Position numbers and translations under genes: made by a program. Below are positions 24,870 through 36,872 of a stretch of 64,000 nt of DNA, piece by piece. Position 1 is the stretch's first letter; every line of letters begins with the position of its first letter. The notes below the pieces were generated by a model. That model saw only the letters and a list, made by a program, of their open reading frames with translations. It searched no databases and was not told the origin of the DNA. Origin of the DNA: Octopus vulgaris (taxonomy: Eukaryota). The stretch lies in contig OX597827.1 in assembly GCA_951406725.2 (NCBI GenBank), forward strand, positions 15,314,001 through 15,378,000, given 5' to 3'.

Positions 24870-25211
24870 ATATCTATTGCATTTCAATCTGTTTTAGGAT
24901 TAAGGGTGGCGGTGGGGAGGATTGGTATCTTTTTTTCTTCACAAATGTAAATAAACCCAATCTGTTTCTTAAACGAGGGACATTTTCATACGGCACAGAA
25001 TGTTTTCACCTCAATAGACATCATTGATTGGTTGAAATTGCAGAAATTGAAGAAAAACAACAACAAATATCTTACAAACTATAGAATTTTCTCAATAAAA
25101 GCCAAAAGAAAAGGATGTTTTATAAACACATTCTACCAGTATACGAAGTTTAAAAGTGTTTAGATACGTGGAAATTATTTTTAAAAACTGCCGGTCAAAC
25201 CGAAAAGATCC
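24870..25211 (+). mobile_element. 5'-truncated Merlin-like MITE
   Basis: Matches the body and right TIR of 1650-2093. Confidence 0.75.
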
Positions 25212-25463
25212 AAAATCTCTTATTTTAAAGTATTCATATTAAAATGATAACCTCCTATCATAATTTTATGTAAGAACACCAGTGACGTAGCAAATAGGGG
25301 AGCAAGGAGAGCGACCCCTCTTCCGGCGCACATTTTTCAAAATTGGCGCCTTTTCAACAATTTTTTTTCTAACTCTTTAGTCACCTATATCAATAGTTGT
25401 TAAGTTTCTTACATAATGGCACTGTTGCTGAAACATGAAACGTATTTTACAATTTATAAAATA

Positions 25464-25862
25464 CTAGCAGTATCGCCCGGCGTTGCTCGGATTTGTAAGG
25501 GAAATAACTATATAAGCATTTTTAGAGAGTTATAGCCAAAATATAGCAAAAAAATGCATTAAAAATGGAAAAAAATTATGGTAAATTTTTTTTTTAATCG
25601 TTGACTCATCGTAGACATTTTTAGAGAGTTACTTCCCTTATATAATCGCGAAAAAATGCATTAAAATGGAAAAAAAAATGATGGTAAATTTTTTTTTAAA
25701 TCGTAGACTCATCGTAGACGCGTGCTAATACCCAGAAGGGCTCGATATGAATCACGACTATAAGATACCCGGTTTTGGTTAAACTGCACCGCAAAATGTG
25801 GGAGTAGTTAGGAATCTAAATCATAGGAGACAGACACACAACCTTACTTTTATATATAAAGA
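25464..25862 (-). mobile_element. Non-autonomous Helitron
   Basis: Minus strand A|TC-tttatatataaaag ... GC-rich hairpin ccgagcaacgccgggcg ... CTAG|T; no TSD; internal duplication of about 100 bp. Confidence 0.8.
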
Positions 25863-26553
25863 TATAAAGATTTCGCTTAATATAAGAAAGATGAGTTTAA
25901 AATTGTTTCGTATGTATCACTACTTTTTTTTAGGTTGTTTTCTGTGCTCGCTCCTCCTAACTTTAGAGCCTGGCTACGCTTCAGAAGAACACTTTTTATT
26001 AGATTATTAGATTATTAAACCCCAATTTTATAATGATATAGTTATTTGGCTAAATCCCTTCAAATTCTTGATTGAAACACGTAGGTAGTAAATTGCATTA
26101 GCTTCAACTGTTATTACCAAGACTTTTGCCCTAGTGACTTCAAAGCTTATTCATCTGTGACACGTCAAATTTACGTATTTTTGAAAATCAAAACATTTAG
26201 TTTCCTCCTATCTAATGCTTGTCTTCACTTCCCATCGTATTCATTTTCGTCTGCTTTAAACACACTTGGATTCTAAGATCCAGTTGCTGGAGACGTGTCA
26301 GGGCTGAAACCTATCAAACAAACGCAAAAACTTATATATTCTGGACATCAAGCTGTAGCAGAGATGAGATTTCAATAGTTGATGGACAACAGATACGACT
26401 GAGCCTAAGCAGACGATAAAAATGAATCGGGTCAGCTAGATTTCACGTAGATGGAACGCTTTAGTGTGGTTGCGATGTAGTTAACGAATAATTGAAGATA
26501 AACAACATTTGTGTTCAATTCACAAAATCATACTAAATTGGGTATCATTCTTC

Positions 26554-26626
<73 letters not shown>

Positions 26627-27292
26627 GAAGCCCGTCGAATATATGTATGTATGTATGTATGTATATATATACATACATATATTCGACAAGCTTCTTTCAG
26701 TTTCCGTCTACCAAATCCATTCACAAGCTTTTGGTCGGCCCGAGGCTATAGTAGAAGACACTTGCCCAAGGTGCCACGCAGTGAGACTGAACCCAGAACC
26801 ATGTGGTTGGTAAGCAAGCTACTTACCACACAGCCACCCCTGCGCCTTCAACATTAATACTATGCTTACAAAAAATATTACAACATGCCAAGTACCGCCA
26901 CATATCTGTAATAATGTATATTGTCTTATGGTGGTATTGCATTTGTTGAGCTATTTTGAACTCTGTAGGTAGAGTTTATATAATATTATATAAGGTATTT
27001 GCTTTAATTGCAAAAGTTTTCTTCCTGTACGTTTTCGTTTTATTTGTCCTATAACACAATCACTGCAAAGGGACTACTGTAACGAGATGATAGTGTGTTT
27101 TGGAACTATCGCATTCATATTTCTCGTCTTCGGACCATGGCTGCCATAAAAGGTATTAAGTCCAGCTAGTTAGGTCGATGGGTGAGCTTAAAGTTTCCCG
27201 CTAAATGGCTTATAGGATGTGTCTGGAACATTTTGCTGACAGTGTATACAAATGCGGGCAAAGCTAGATAAAAGAGAGCTATTAGATTCTAC

Positions 27293-28071
27293 GGATCTTT
27301 TCCTTTTGAACGGCAGTTTTCAACACAATTTCTAGTTACCTAAACACTTTTAAACTTCGTATACTGGTAGAATGTGTTTCTTGGCTTTATTGAGAAAATG
27401 CTATATGTTGTAACATATTTCGACTTTAATTTCGAGTATTTCGGCAATTTTAACCAATCGCTGACCTCCATTTGGGGTGAAAACATTCCGTGCTGTATGA
27501 ATATGTCCCTCGTTTAAGAAACAGTTTGGGTTTATTTACATTTGTGAAGAAAAAAAGATACCCTTCCCCCACCCCTAACCCTAACCATAACTCTAAACCT
27601 AACCCTAAAATAGATTGAAATGCAATACTAGGGTTATAATTATGGGTGACAATTTCACTTGACACCGCTAGAAAAAAATCCCATTTTCCGTAGCGGTGTC
27701 GTATGAAATTGTCACCCATAATTATAACCCTAGTATCGATCTATTGCATTTCAATATATTTTAGGGTTAGGTTTAGAGTTAGGGGTAGGGTATCTTTTTT
27801 TCTTCGCAAATGTAAATAAACCCAATCTGTTTCTGAGGGACATATTCATACAGCACGGAATGTTTTCACCCCAAATGGAGGTCAGCGATTAGTTAAAATT
27901 GTCGAAATACTCGAAATTAAAGTCGAAATATGTTACAACATATAGAATTTTCTCAATAAAGCCAAGAAAAAAATGATGTTTTAGAAACACATTCTACCAG
28001 TATACGAAGTTTAAAAGTGTTTAGGTAACTAGAAATTGTGTTGAAAACTGCCGTTCAAAAGGAAAAGATTC
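27293..28071. mobile_element. Palindromic (head-to-head dimer) Merlin-like MITE
   Basis: Two inverted arms of about 370 bp; perfect 8-bp TSD GATTCTAC. Confidence 0.85.
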
Positions 28072-30039
28072 GATTCTACTAAAGGTTATGTCGTTTTTCG
28101 TTATGCGATGGTTTCTCAGTATCGAAAAATTAATAACAACAGAAGGTACCACATGAGTTATGTTGGTGAATCTCACGGAAAGTCATTCTTATTACCGTTA
28201 TTTAATATGTCCTCGCTAATCATGAATCGTTGTGATGTTACGTATCAGCATGCTGACCAAATGTTCTTTAATTCGTTAATTCTCAAATGCTATTGTTCAT
28301 TCAACTGCTGTATATATACACACACATATTGCTTGAAAAATGCTTTACTACAAATCTCTAAGCCCTCGAGTATTTCCGGCAGCTCACTCAGCTACAAAAA
28401 ATATATGTATATATGTCTACACGCGCGCGCGCACCCACATACATACATGTATAGCTGTGTGATAAGAAGCTTGCTTCCTAATCACATGGTCCCGGGTTCA
28501 GTCTCACTGCGTGGCACCTTTGGCAACTGTCTTCTACTAAAGCTTCGGGCCGACCAAAACCTTTTGACTGGATTTAGCAGACGGAAATTGAGAGAAGACC
28601 GTCGTGTGTGTCCTATCATCGCTTGACAACCGATGTTGGTGTATTTACGTCCCTGTAAAGTAGCGGTTCAGTAAAATAAACCGATAGAATAAGTAATAGG
28701 CTTACAAAGAATAAGTTCGGGTGTCAATTTCTTCGACTAAAACACTTTAAGGCGATACTCTAGCATGGGCACAGTCAAATGACTGTTACAAGTAAAAGAA
28801 TAAAATAATATAAATATATATTGAGAGAGAGGGGGGCCGATGAGGAAGGAGAAAGAGTTGGGTGAAGACTGAATAGTATTTTCGTGAGTTGAATTTCAAG
28901 CCGCTGCAATCTTCAGGCGAGAACTGTTACAGCTCGTTTTTATCCGTTTGTGTATGTTTTTTTTGTTTTTTTTTTGGTGTCTGTTAGTTGGCTGTCATTT
29001 TATGTTTCTTTGTTGTGACTAGTTGGTATCTTTTGATTATTTCTATTATAGATACGATGTCTGGAATTCTGTGGTGGAGGACTTAGTCGATTATTTTGTC
29101 CGCCTGTGCTCAACTGCTACTTATTTTACCGACCACGAAAGAATGAATGACTAAGTCGACCTCAGCGACGTCTAGACTCTGAATGTACAGCTGTCTTTAC
29201 ACTCTGAGTTCAAATTCTGAGCGAAATCGACTTTGCCTTTCATTCTTTTAGGCATGCCAACGATTCTGCCAGCTCGTAGCTTACTTCCTTGAGACGTCTT
29301 TGCTTATTTGAATTCCGTTTCTATATTTTTTTTTTTTTTTTAGTTACGATGTTTATTGTCAAATTTGTTTGTGTCACTGTATATGTTTACATAAATTGCT
29401 AAAATTTATCTGCTAATCTCATTAAGTTATTATTATTTGTTTTGTGAAACATTTTATTTATTTATTAACTAATTTGTATTTATTTACTTATTTATGTTTA
29501 TTTTCTCGAGTCTGTTTCTTCATTTAAAAAATAGTTGCGTATGGAAGAATTAGTTTTCTAGAGAGTATTTGCTTTTCATGTATTGTACTGATACTAGAAT
29601 TCATGGCTGAGTGGTTTCTGTCGGTTGCTTTGTTAATGTCGTTCTATACTCGTTTATATATTTTGAGATTAATAGGTTTCGAGGCTTGTTTTTTTGTGCG
29701 TGTTTGTAATTTGTAATTCGTGGGATCTGGTATACCAATTATTCATGGTTGGGTAATTCTGTTAATATATTTCCGTATGCTTTTATGTACGTGTATATGT
29801 ATGTGTTCGTTGAAGGCTTCTTTTTATTTGTACTAGGGTGTATAAGTGTTTTGTATATATAATTTGTGTTGACTGTTAAACAGTCAGCACAAATTACGAA
29901 TCTTGTGGATATCAGTTTGTATGTCTGCGCATGTGCGTGTGCATGTGTATGTGTGTGCGCGCACATACGTGTGTGTATATGTGGTGGTGGTGGGGGGGAT
30001 TCAAGCTGTTGTGTTGGCAGATGTTATATTCTGTTTAGT

Positions 30040-30300
30040 GCTTGAACCATTGATCCAAAATGAATTTGTTTTCGTGTCATCAGCGCGACATGATCTCGTT
30101 TCTCTTGTTTAGTCAATGGATACTTTGCGTGGATATTTGTATCTTTCTGTAACAAAATCCAGCTTCTGGAACCATATATGTACCAGGGTGCACACATCGT
30201 TGATTCCCAGTTTATGTTTACGGTTATATTGCTTTTTTTAACACCCAGCTATATTTTAGGCAAGAACGTTGGGTTTCTTAAATTTATATTTCGAAATATA
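30040..30300 (-). pseudogene. Decayed C-terminus of a Penelope-like element ORF (GIY-YIG region)
   Basis: Frameshifted translation FRNINLRN...KYSWVLKK.NITVNINWE...YGSR...LNKRNEIMSR**HENKFIL resembles, from recall, the LNKRSE..SKCRH.NK end of Penelope-like ORFs. Confidence 0.6.
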
Positions 30301-30480
30301 TATGTAAGTTATGCATATCTGTCTTTAATAGCTCTATTACCAATGGTGAACTAGTTTTATTGTTATTATTATAATTACTATTACTGGTACTGGATGTTGA
30401 AAATGGTTTGTCTGATGTTACTTGAATCAGATAGGTATGTTCAATTTTTTCAGTGCTCTCTAATTTAAAATTATTGAAAT

Positions 30481-30564
30481 CTTCGTGCTGATGAAGAGAA
30501 TGTTGGAATGGAGATGTAATTCTTGCATCTCCATATCTATCTAACTCAGAAATGCGTCCACAAG
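30481..30564 (+). ncRNA. Hammerhead ribozyme motif, slightly decayed
   Basis: cttcGTG-CTGATGA-aGAG...ATGGAGATGTAA/TTGCATCTCCAT...CTCa-GAAA-TGCG-TC-CACaag. Confidence 0.6.
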
Positions 30565-31123
30565 TAATCAAATGCCGGGTGAACTTTCATTATTTTCCCT
30601 CTATGCCTACGTGAATTGTTTTTGAGTATACATTATCTGGGAGATTCTTCTTATAGTAGAAGAAATAGCTAAGTTCTTTGGCTGCAATTTCTAAAAGTTC
30701 GGTATGTGGCGAAGCAAATTTGATATATATATATGCTGTGTGGTAAGTAGCTTGCTTACGAACCACATGGTTCCGGGTTCAGTCCCACTGCGTGGCACCT
30801 TGGGTAAGTGTCTTCTACTATAGCCTCGGGCCGACCAAAGCCTTGTGAGTGGATTTGGTAGACGGAAACTGAAAGAAGCCCGTCGTATATATGTATATAT
30901 ATATATATATATGTATGTGCGTGTTTGTGTGTCTGTATTTGTCCTCCCAACATCGCTTGACAACCGATGCTGGTGTGTTTACGTCCCCGTAACTTAGCGG
31001 TTCGGCAAAAAAGAGACCGATAAAATAAGTACTAGGCTTACAAAGAATATGTCCTGGGGTCGATTTGATCGACTAAAAGGCGGTGCTCCAGCATGGCCAC
31101 AGTCACATGACTGAAACAAGTAA

Positions 31124-31173
<50 letters not shown>

Positions 31174-31198
31174 ATGTATATATATGTATGTATTTATG

Positions 31199-31255
<57 letters not shown>

Positions 31256-31311
31256 GCATATATACATATATATATATACATATATACATATATGTGTGTT
31301 TGTGTGTGTGT

Positions 31312-31480
31312 GTCATGGTGTTGAACCGTCAATCCCTACAGACTCTTTTCTCTCTCAGTCTTTCCTGTCGAAGAGCGTAGGCTCAAAACGTCAAAGACCT
31401 TTCCATTCTTCCCGAGCGTTAATCTAATACGTCTGCTTGTTGTTCCTTCATCTGCCTTCATCTTTTGTCTTGTGTTTCTT
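31312..31480 (+). mobile_element. Short element with a degenerate minimal hammerhead motif
   Basis: GTCTTTc-CTGTCGA-A-GAGC-GTAG-GCTC-AAAA-CGTC-AAAGAC at 31358-31398. Confidence 0.5.
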
Positions 31481-31762
31481 TGTTTGTCCGTGGACAAGAT
31501 ATCTCAAGAACCGCTGGATTGATTCGGATGAAACTTTCAGGGATGTTTGGCCTCGTGACTGGTACGAACTGGTTAGATTTTGGGATCGATCCGGCACCGG
31601 ACAAGGATTCTGGATTATGTTTGCGGTTTTTTTTACTTAATTTTTTTTAGAGTGGTCGGGTTCATTTTTAGTATTCTCGTTTGTGAGAGCAGTCCGGTTA
31701 ATCGTTGAGAGGACGTTGGTGTTTCCTTGATGGAGGTTTGCGTTCTCTGAGAGCTCTTGTTA
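31478..31762 (+). mobile_element. DINE-1/HINE-like non-autonomous rolling-circle element, 5'-truncated
   Basis: Core ...aagatatctcaagaaccgctggattgattcggatgaaactttcaggg... and end ccttgatggaggtttgcgttctctgagagctcttgtt resemble HINE-type elements (from recall). Confidence 0.5.
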
Positions 31763-31865
31763 TTATTCTTCCTATTTTATTCAATTTTATTCAAGCATAT
31801 CTGACAATTTCTAGAGAGTATTGAGCTTCTTTTGTGCGTGACTTTTGGCCCACCCAGTATGTATG

Positions 31866-31949
<84 letters not shown>

Positions 31950-31995
31950 GGCATACATACATACATACATACATACATATGCATTTCATATTTTA

Positions 31996-32912
31996 AGGCG
32001 AGCAATACGGTCGGTGGAAGTACCACTCTAGCGCTCTATAGAGGGTTAGTGGTGAAAAAATGCGACGACGTTCTCGTTCTCGGGGAAACTCTGGGCGCCG
32101 ACGAGGATCAACTCACCGGTCTGTTTCGGAGGACTTTCGGGCTAGTGCCAATGGATAACTTCCAGAAATCCTTCGCCTGCCAGTGCTACCGGGGTGGGGA
32201 AGAGGGAGCGCGCTGCCCTTTCGGGATCAATTTGGCAGGCATGGAAGGTGCCGTCGGCCGAGCCTGCTTGTGGTGCTCGCAGAGCGATGAAATCGTTCTG
32301 CACGCCCTCGTCCAGTTCCCGAGCATTACTTACCTGTGTGTTTATGTCGGACACCTGCTGACGCGTGTAGGACGGATCCGACTACCAGCTGAATCCATAG
32401 TGAAGATTACCCCGCCGCCCTTCTTTGGCAGGGAGGGGCAGGCAATTCTTATTTGTCTGGTGGTTGTAGCGAAAGAGGTAGTGTGGTGGACACGCTTAAA
32501 AAGGGCTAAAGACAGATTCTTTCCTCTTTGGCCAAGCCCTCATAAACTTTTTCAAGTTTCACTTTAAAAGGAAAGTGAGAGTGGAGAGGGAAGTGTTGCC
32601 TTCTAGTAAATTTATTGAAAGGTGGGTGAATGTCGGGAAAATGGTCAGTGTGAAAGGACCCATTTTGCGCATGCGCCTGTGAAAAATAAGAGAAGGGCTT
32701 TTGGTCAGTCACTCGTGGCTTCTGTGGGGTTTTCCACGAGTAGCCTTAAGTCGTCTCCCCCTATTGGGAGTTTCATATGTTTAATTTTAATTCTTATTTT
32801 TGTTTACACGTTTTTAAAACCCGTTGTATCACCTCGTTACGTCCTTCTGTGTTGTTTTATGTCAGCCCTTGTGGCCAATAAAAGAATGAATTATTATTAT
32901 TATTATTATTTA
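31996..32912 (+). mobile_element. L1/Tx1-like LINE 3' fragment
   Basis: ORF 32049-32567 includes CLWCSQSDEIVLHALVQF, a decayed CxxC..E...H...C RT zinc-binding motif, and KEVVWWTR; ends AATAAA plus (TTA)n. Confidence 0.7.
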
Positions 32913-33048
32913 TTCATTTTGTTCATGTACAAGTACGTGTGTATTTATCATTATTTTATATTTTTTATTGAAAAAAAATTGAAGTATATGTGACAATTCT
33001 GGAGATTATTGAACTTCTTTTCTGCGTGACTTTTGGCAGACCCTGTAT

Positions 33049-33134
<86 letters not shown>

Positions 33135-33181
33135 GCAGATATACATACATACATACATACATACATACATACATACATACA

Positions 33182-33212
<31 letters not shown>

Positions 33213-33227
33213 GCGTTTCATATTTAA

Positions 33228-33682
33228 AGGAGATACATGATTGAAAGCCTTATTTACTGCGGTATTCGTCCTCAGATAGCATCCCTTATAGACGCATAGT
33301 GTTTTTTTTTAAAATACACTGAAATATATTAATAGCAGGCGCAAATCGTCAGCGGCGATGGCATTCTTAATGTGCGTTTCTACCTCGTTGTACTTCGTCA
33401 GTGGCACGCATGCAGTGGCAACCGCTTGCTAAGATAATAAATACCCCGTTACTGATTTTGTAAAACAGTGATTGAAATTAGCTAGCAGGCTGAATAAAGA
33501 TTCGTAACGTGCGACAGAAGCAGTACTAGTTTAAAACAGCAATCTATATATCATACTTTAAGCAGATACATTCGTCGGCTATACTCTTATGGTTTTTTTT
33601 TTTTTTTACAGAATATATCTAAAAGAGATGTTACTTTAAGACAAATACCGCTGTAAATTAGGCTCTTAATGATGTGTCTACT
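33228..33682. mobile_element. Old MITE-like element with imperfect inverted termini of about 65 bp
   Basis: gccttatttactgcggtattcgtc is inversely matched by gacaaataccgctgtaaattaggc. Confidence 0.5.
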
Positions 33683-36089
33683 GTAAGTATGATACACAGA
33701 TGGCTATTTTAAACTCGTGCTATTCTTGTAACACATAACGCGCGTGTGTGTGTGTGTGTGTGTGTTAAACGTAACGAATGAAGATGTATGATCGATGATG
33801 TTGACTCCTTTGTTAGTTCCTATAAGTTGGTGCTTATTGCCGTTTCTATTCAAGTCAGTCCTGAGTTGGTACTTAGTAGATCTCTAAGCAAATTTATTCC
33901 AGCCATGACCGTCTTTTTTTTTTTTCATCTTTTTCTTGACGAAGTGTACCTCGGTGTACATTATATGCTCTTCATTTTTTAAAGAAAATATAAATGTATA
34001 GAGACAGACAGTGAATTGTGATTTTTACGAAGATTTGGCAGCTATTTCTAGCAGATGTTAGTGTGGTTGTTATATGCCTAAAGATATTTATTGAGGAAAA
34101 GATTTGGCTAAAGCTTCAAGAATTCAGATTTAAAAATTATAAACTTTTTTTTTTTTCTAAATCATTCAGTTCTAAAATATATTTTTATCTCTTATCTTTA
34201 ATGCCATGTCTTTCCATAACTCTTTATATTTGTCTTATAATAAAGATGTTTTCTTTGGTGAATATTTTAATTTATGCAAGGCGCCACAAGCGTGATCTAT
34301 TTAAATGAATTACTCAAATGATAAAATCTTATTTTGTTTTTTTTCTTCTGTATAGTATGAAAACAGAAAACTAAATCCTTGTTTATTGTTGATTATTTTA
34401 TGCCTTATGTGGGGTCAGTTAGTAATTACGATAAAGAAATTCCAACCATAAGGTTGAAATATTTATCACAAGTCCGTTTTAATATACCAGTTCAAAGAAT
34501 TAGTTCTTTGATTTTCCCAATTAAAGTCGGATATATTTCCAGACGAACACTTACACCGGTTGGTAGGCGAATTTCTTCTTCGGTAATTTTTCTGCATCCA
34601 TTAATTTGCTCTTTTCATATTCTTACCTTATTTTCAAAAATATTTATGTTTCAATTTTCGATCGCTTTATTTATTATTATGCTTTGCTGACGATTTGCCG
34701 TTTCCTTTCAAGAAATAGCAATACATTCTGCAAAAATCCGGCGACTATACAGGATAGAGAGAGACTGTAATTTTTTATCTTTTTCTTCTATTTTTTGACA
34801 ATGTAATTAAGTAAAAGAAGTTGCTTTTTTTATTATATTTCTTTTCGTCTTTCGCTTTCGTTGACCTAGCTATTCCTACTTAGCACTCTGCTTACGATCT
34901 GGCTTCTTTTTCAATTACCTCAAAAGAAAAATATCATTTTAAAGCTATAATTTTCTGAGAATCCAAGCAACTGTTATTATTTATTATTATTTGCTCTGTA
35001 AAATTCTATATGTTCTTATTTTTATTCCAAGTATTGCAGCTTGTGGGTCATATTTTAGGGCCTACTTTTAATTTGTCTTTTATATGTGTGTGTGCATGTG
35101 CTTGTCTGTCCAATTAGTGATGTGAATTTCGCTGTTCACACTCACACGGGCGCGCGCATTTATGTATATATATACATTGATGTATGTGTCTGAGAGAGAG
35201 AAGGGCACTTGTCTGTGTGCGTGAGAGTGAAGAGGTATTTGTGAGAGAGAGAGAGTGCGTGTGTGTGTAGGCTGATGGGGGGGTATTAGTGTCTGATGAC
35301 AAACTATGTTTGACATTGTTGTTGGGGGAAAATTGACAATGAAACACTTAAGCTGTGGAGCTTGGAAAAATCGTCAGGCTAGCTTAGTCGCTGCACCTCA
35401 GAAAATGGGACAATCTTTTATAAAAGATAAAAAAATAAAAAACAACCCCCCATGTAAGTAAGTGTAAAAATTCTTGTTGAATTCATGTTAAGTTTTTGAA
35501 AACAGACACCTTTTTGTATAGAAAACGGCCTTGCATTCTTTCTCTCTCCTGTTAATTGTTTGTTTTGCTTTTTCTCTGTGGAGAAATCAACATTAAATTA
35601 ATGGAAGAAAATATTCTTTGTGTATTTAAGATGTCGACATCGTTACCATCAAGTTGAAATATTCTGCATGTTCTATATATATTATTTCTCAACCGTATTT
35701 CTAAAACTTTCTTTAAATAATTTTTTCGTAGTTTATATAAACCCAATATTGGTTTTTCTTTAAAGTTATACTTAGATAAATTCTGTAATATTGTAAATTT
35801 TTATAGTAGTTTGCTTTAATTAGAAAACATATTCGAGGCGATCGTTCCAAAAAATCGCCTCATTTGTATCTATTTTTCTCTGCATAGAAGTTTATTTTCC
35901 TCCCTTCTAAGATGTCACGACTTCTCATTTATTTTTGCATGGGTCATTTGAGTCATGCTCTTCGTAGGACGTCGCAGGATTTGATGTTGAAGTAATATAT
36001 ATACGTTGTTTATATTATACATACATACATGCATGCATACATACACACACACATTTTATATAGTGTGCATTTTTTTGGACTTATGGACA

Positions 36090-36650
36090 ACTGTGAGTGT
36101 GTATGTATGTGTGTATATATATATGTATATGTGTGTATATATATATGTATATGTGTATATATATATATATATGTGTGTATATATATGTATATGTGTGTGT
36201 GTGTGTATATATATGTGTGTGTGTGTATATATATATGTATATGTGTGTATGTATGTGTATATATATGTGTGTATGTATGTGTATATATATGTGTGTGTGT
36301 ATATGTATGTATGTGTGTATGTATATATATATATGTGTGTGTATATGCATGTGTGTATGTATATATATATGTGTGTGTGTATATGCATGTGTATGTGTAT
36401 ATATATATATATGTGTGTGTGTATATATGAATGTGTATGTGTATATATGCATGTGTATGTGTATATATATATATATATATGTGTGTGTGTATATATATGT
36501 GTGTGTGTGTGTATATATATATGTGTGTGTATATATATATGTATGTGTATATATATATGTGTGTGTATGTATATATGTGTGTGTGCATGCGTATATATAT
36601 GTGTATGCATATGTATGTGTGTGTATGCGTATATAATATATGTATATGTT

Positions 36651-36691
<41 letters not shown>

Positions 36692-36872
36692 GTTTGAATG
36701 TACGTAAATATATGTATGTGTATATATGTATATGTGTGTGTGTATACATACGTGTTTGTATGTGTATAGAAGTGTGTATGTAAGATTGTGCGAGCGTGTA
36801 TGTATAAGTGCATGGGTATATGTATATACAACCGTATATCTCTCTCAGCATATATATATATATATATATATA
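36090..36872. repeat. Compound (TA)n/(TG)n microsatellite
   Basis: Directly visible. Confidence 0.97.

Noticed and set aside
25280-25980. Possible TIR element (cagtgacgtagc ... gctacgct) enclosing the Helitron
   Set aside because: Match too short and no TSD found
30070-30083. Minus-strand CTGATGA-cac-GAAA as a hammerhead
   Set aside because: No room for stem II and no stems I/III; better explained as decayed codons of the Penelope-like ORF
30284-30571. 95-aa minus-strand ORF
   Set aside because: Non-ATG start and no recognisable domain; antisense to the hammerhead-bearing terminus
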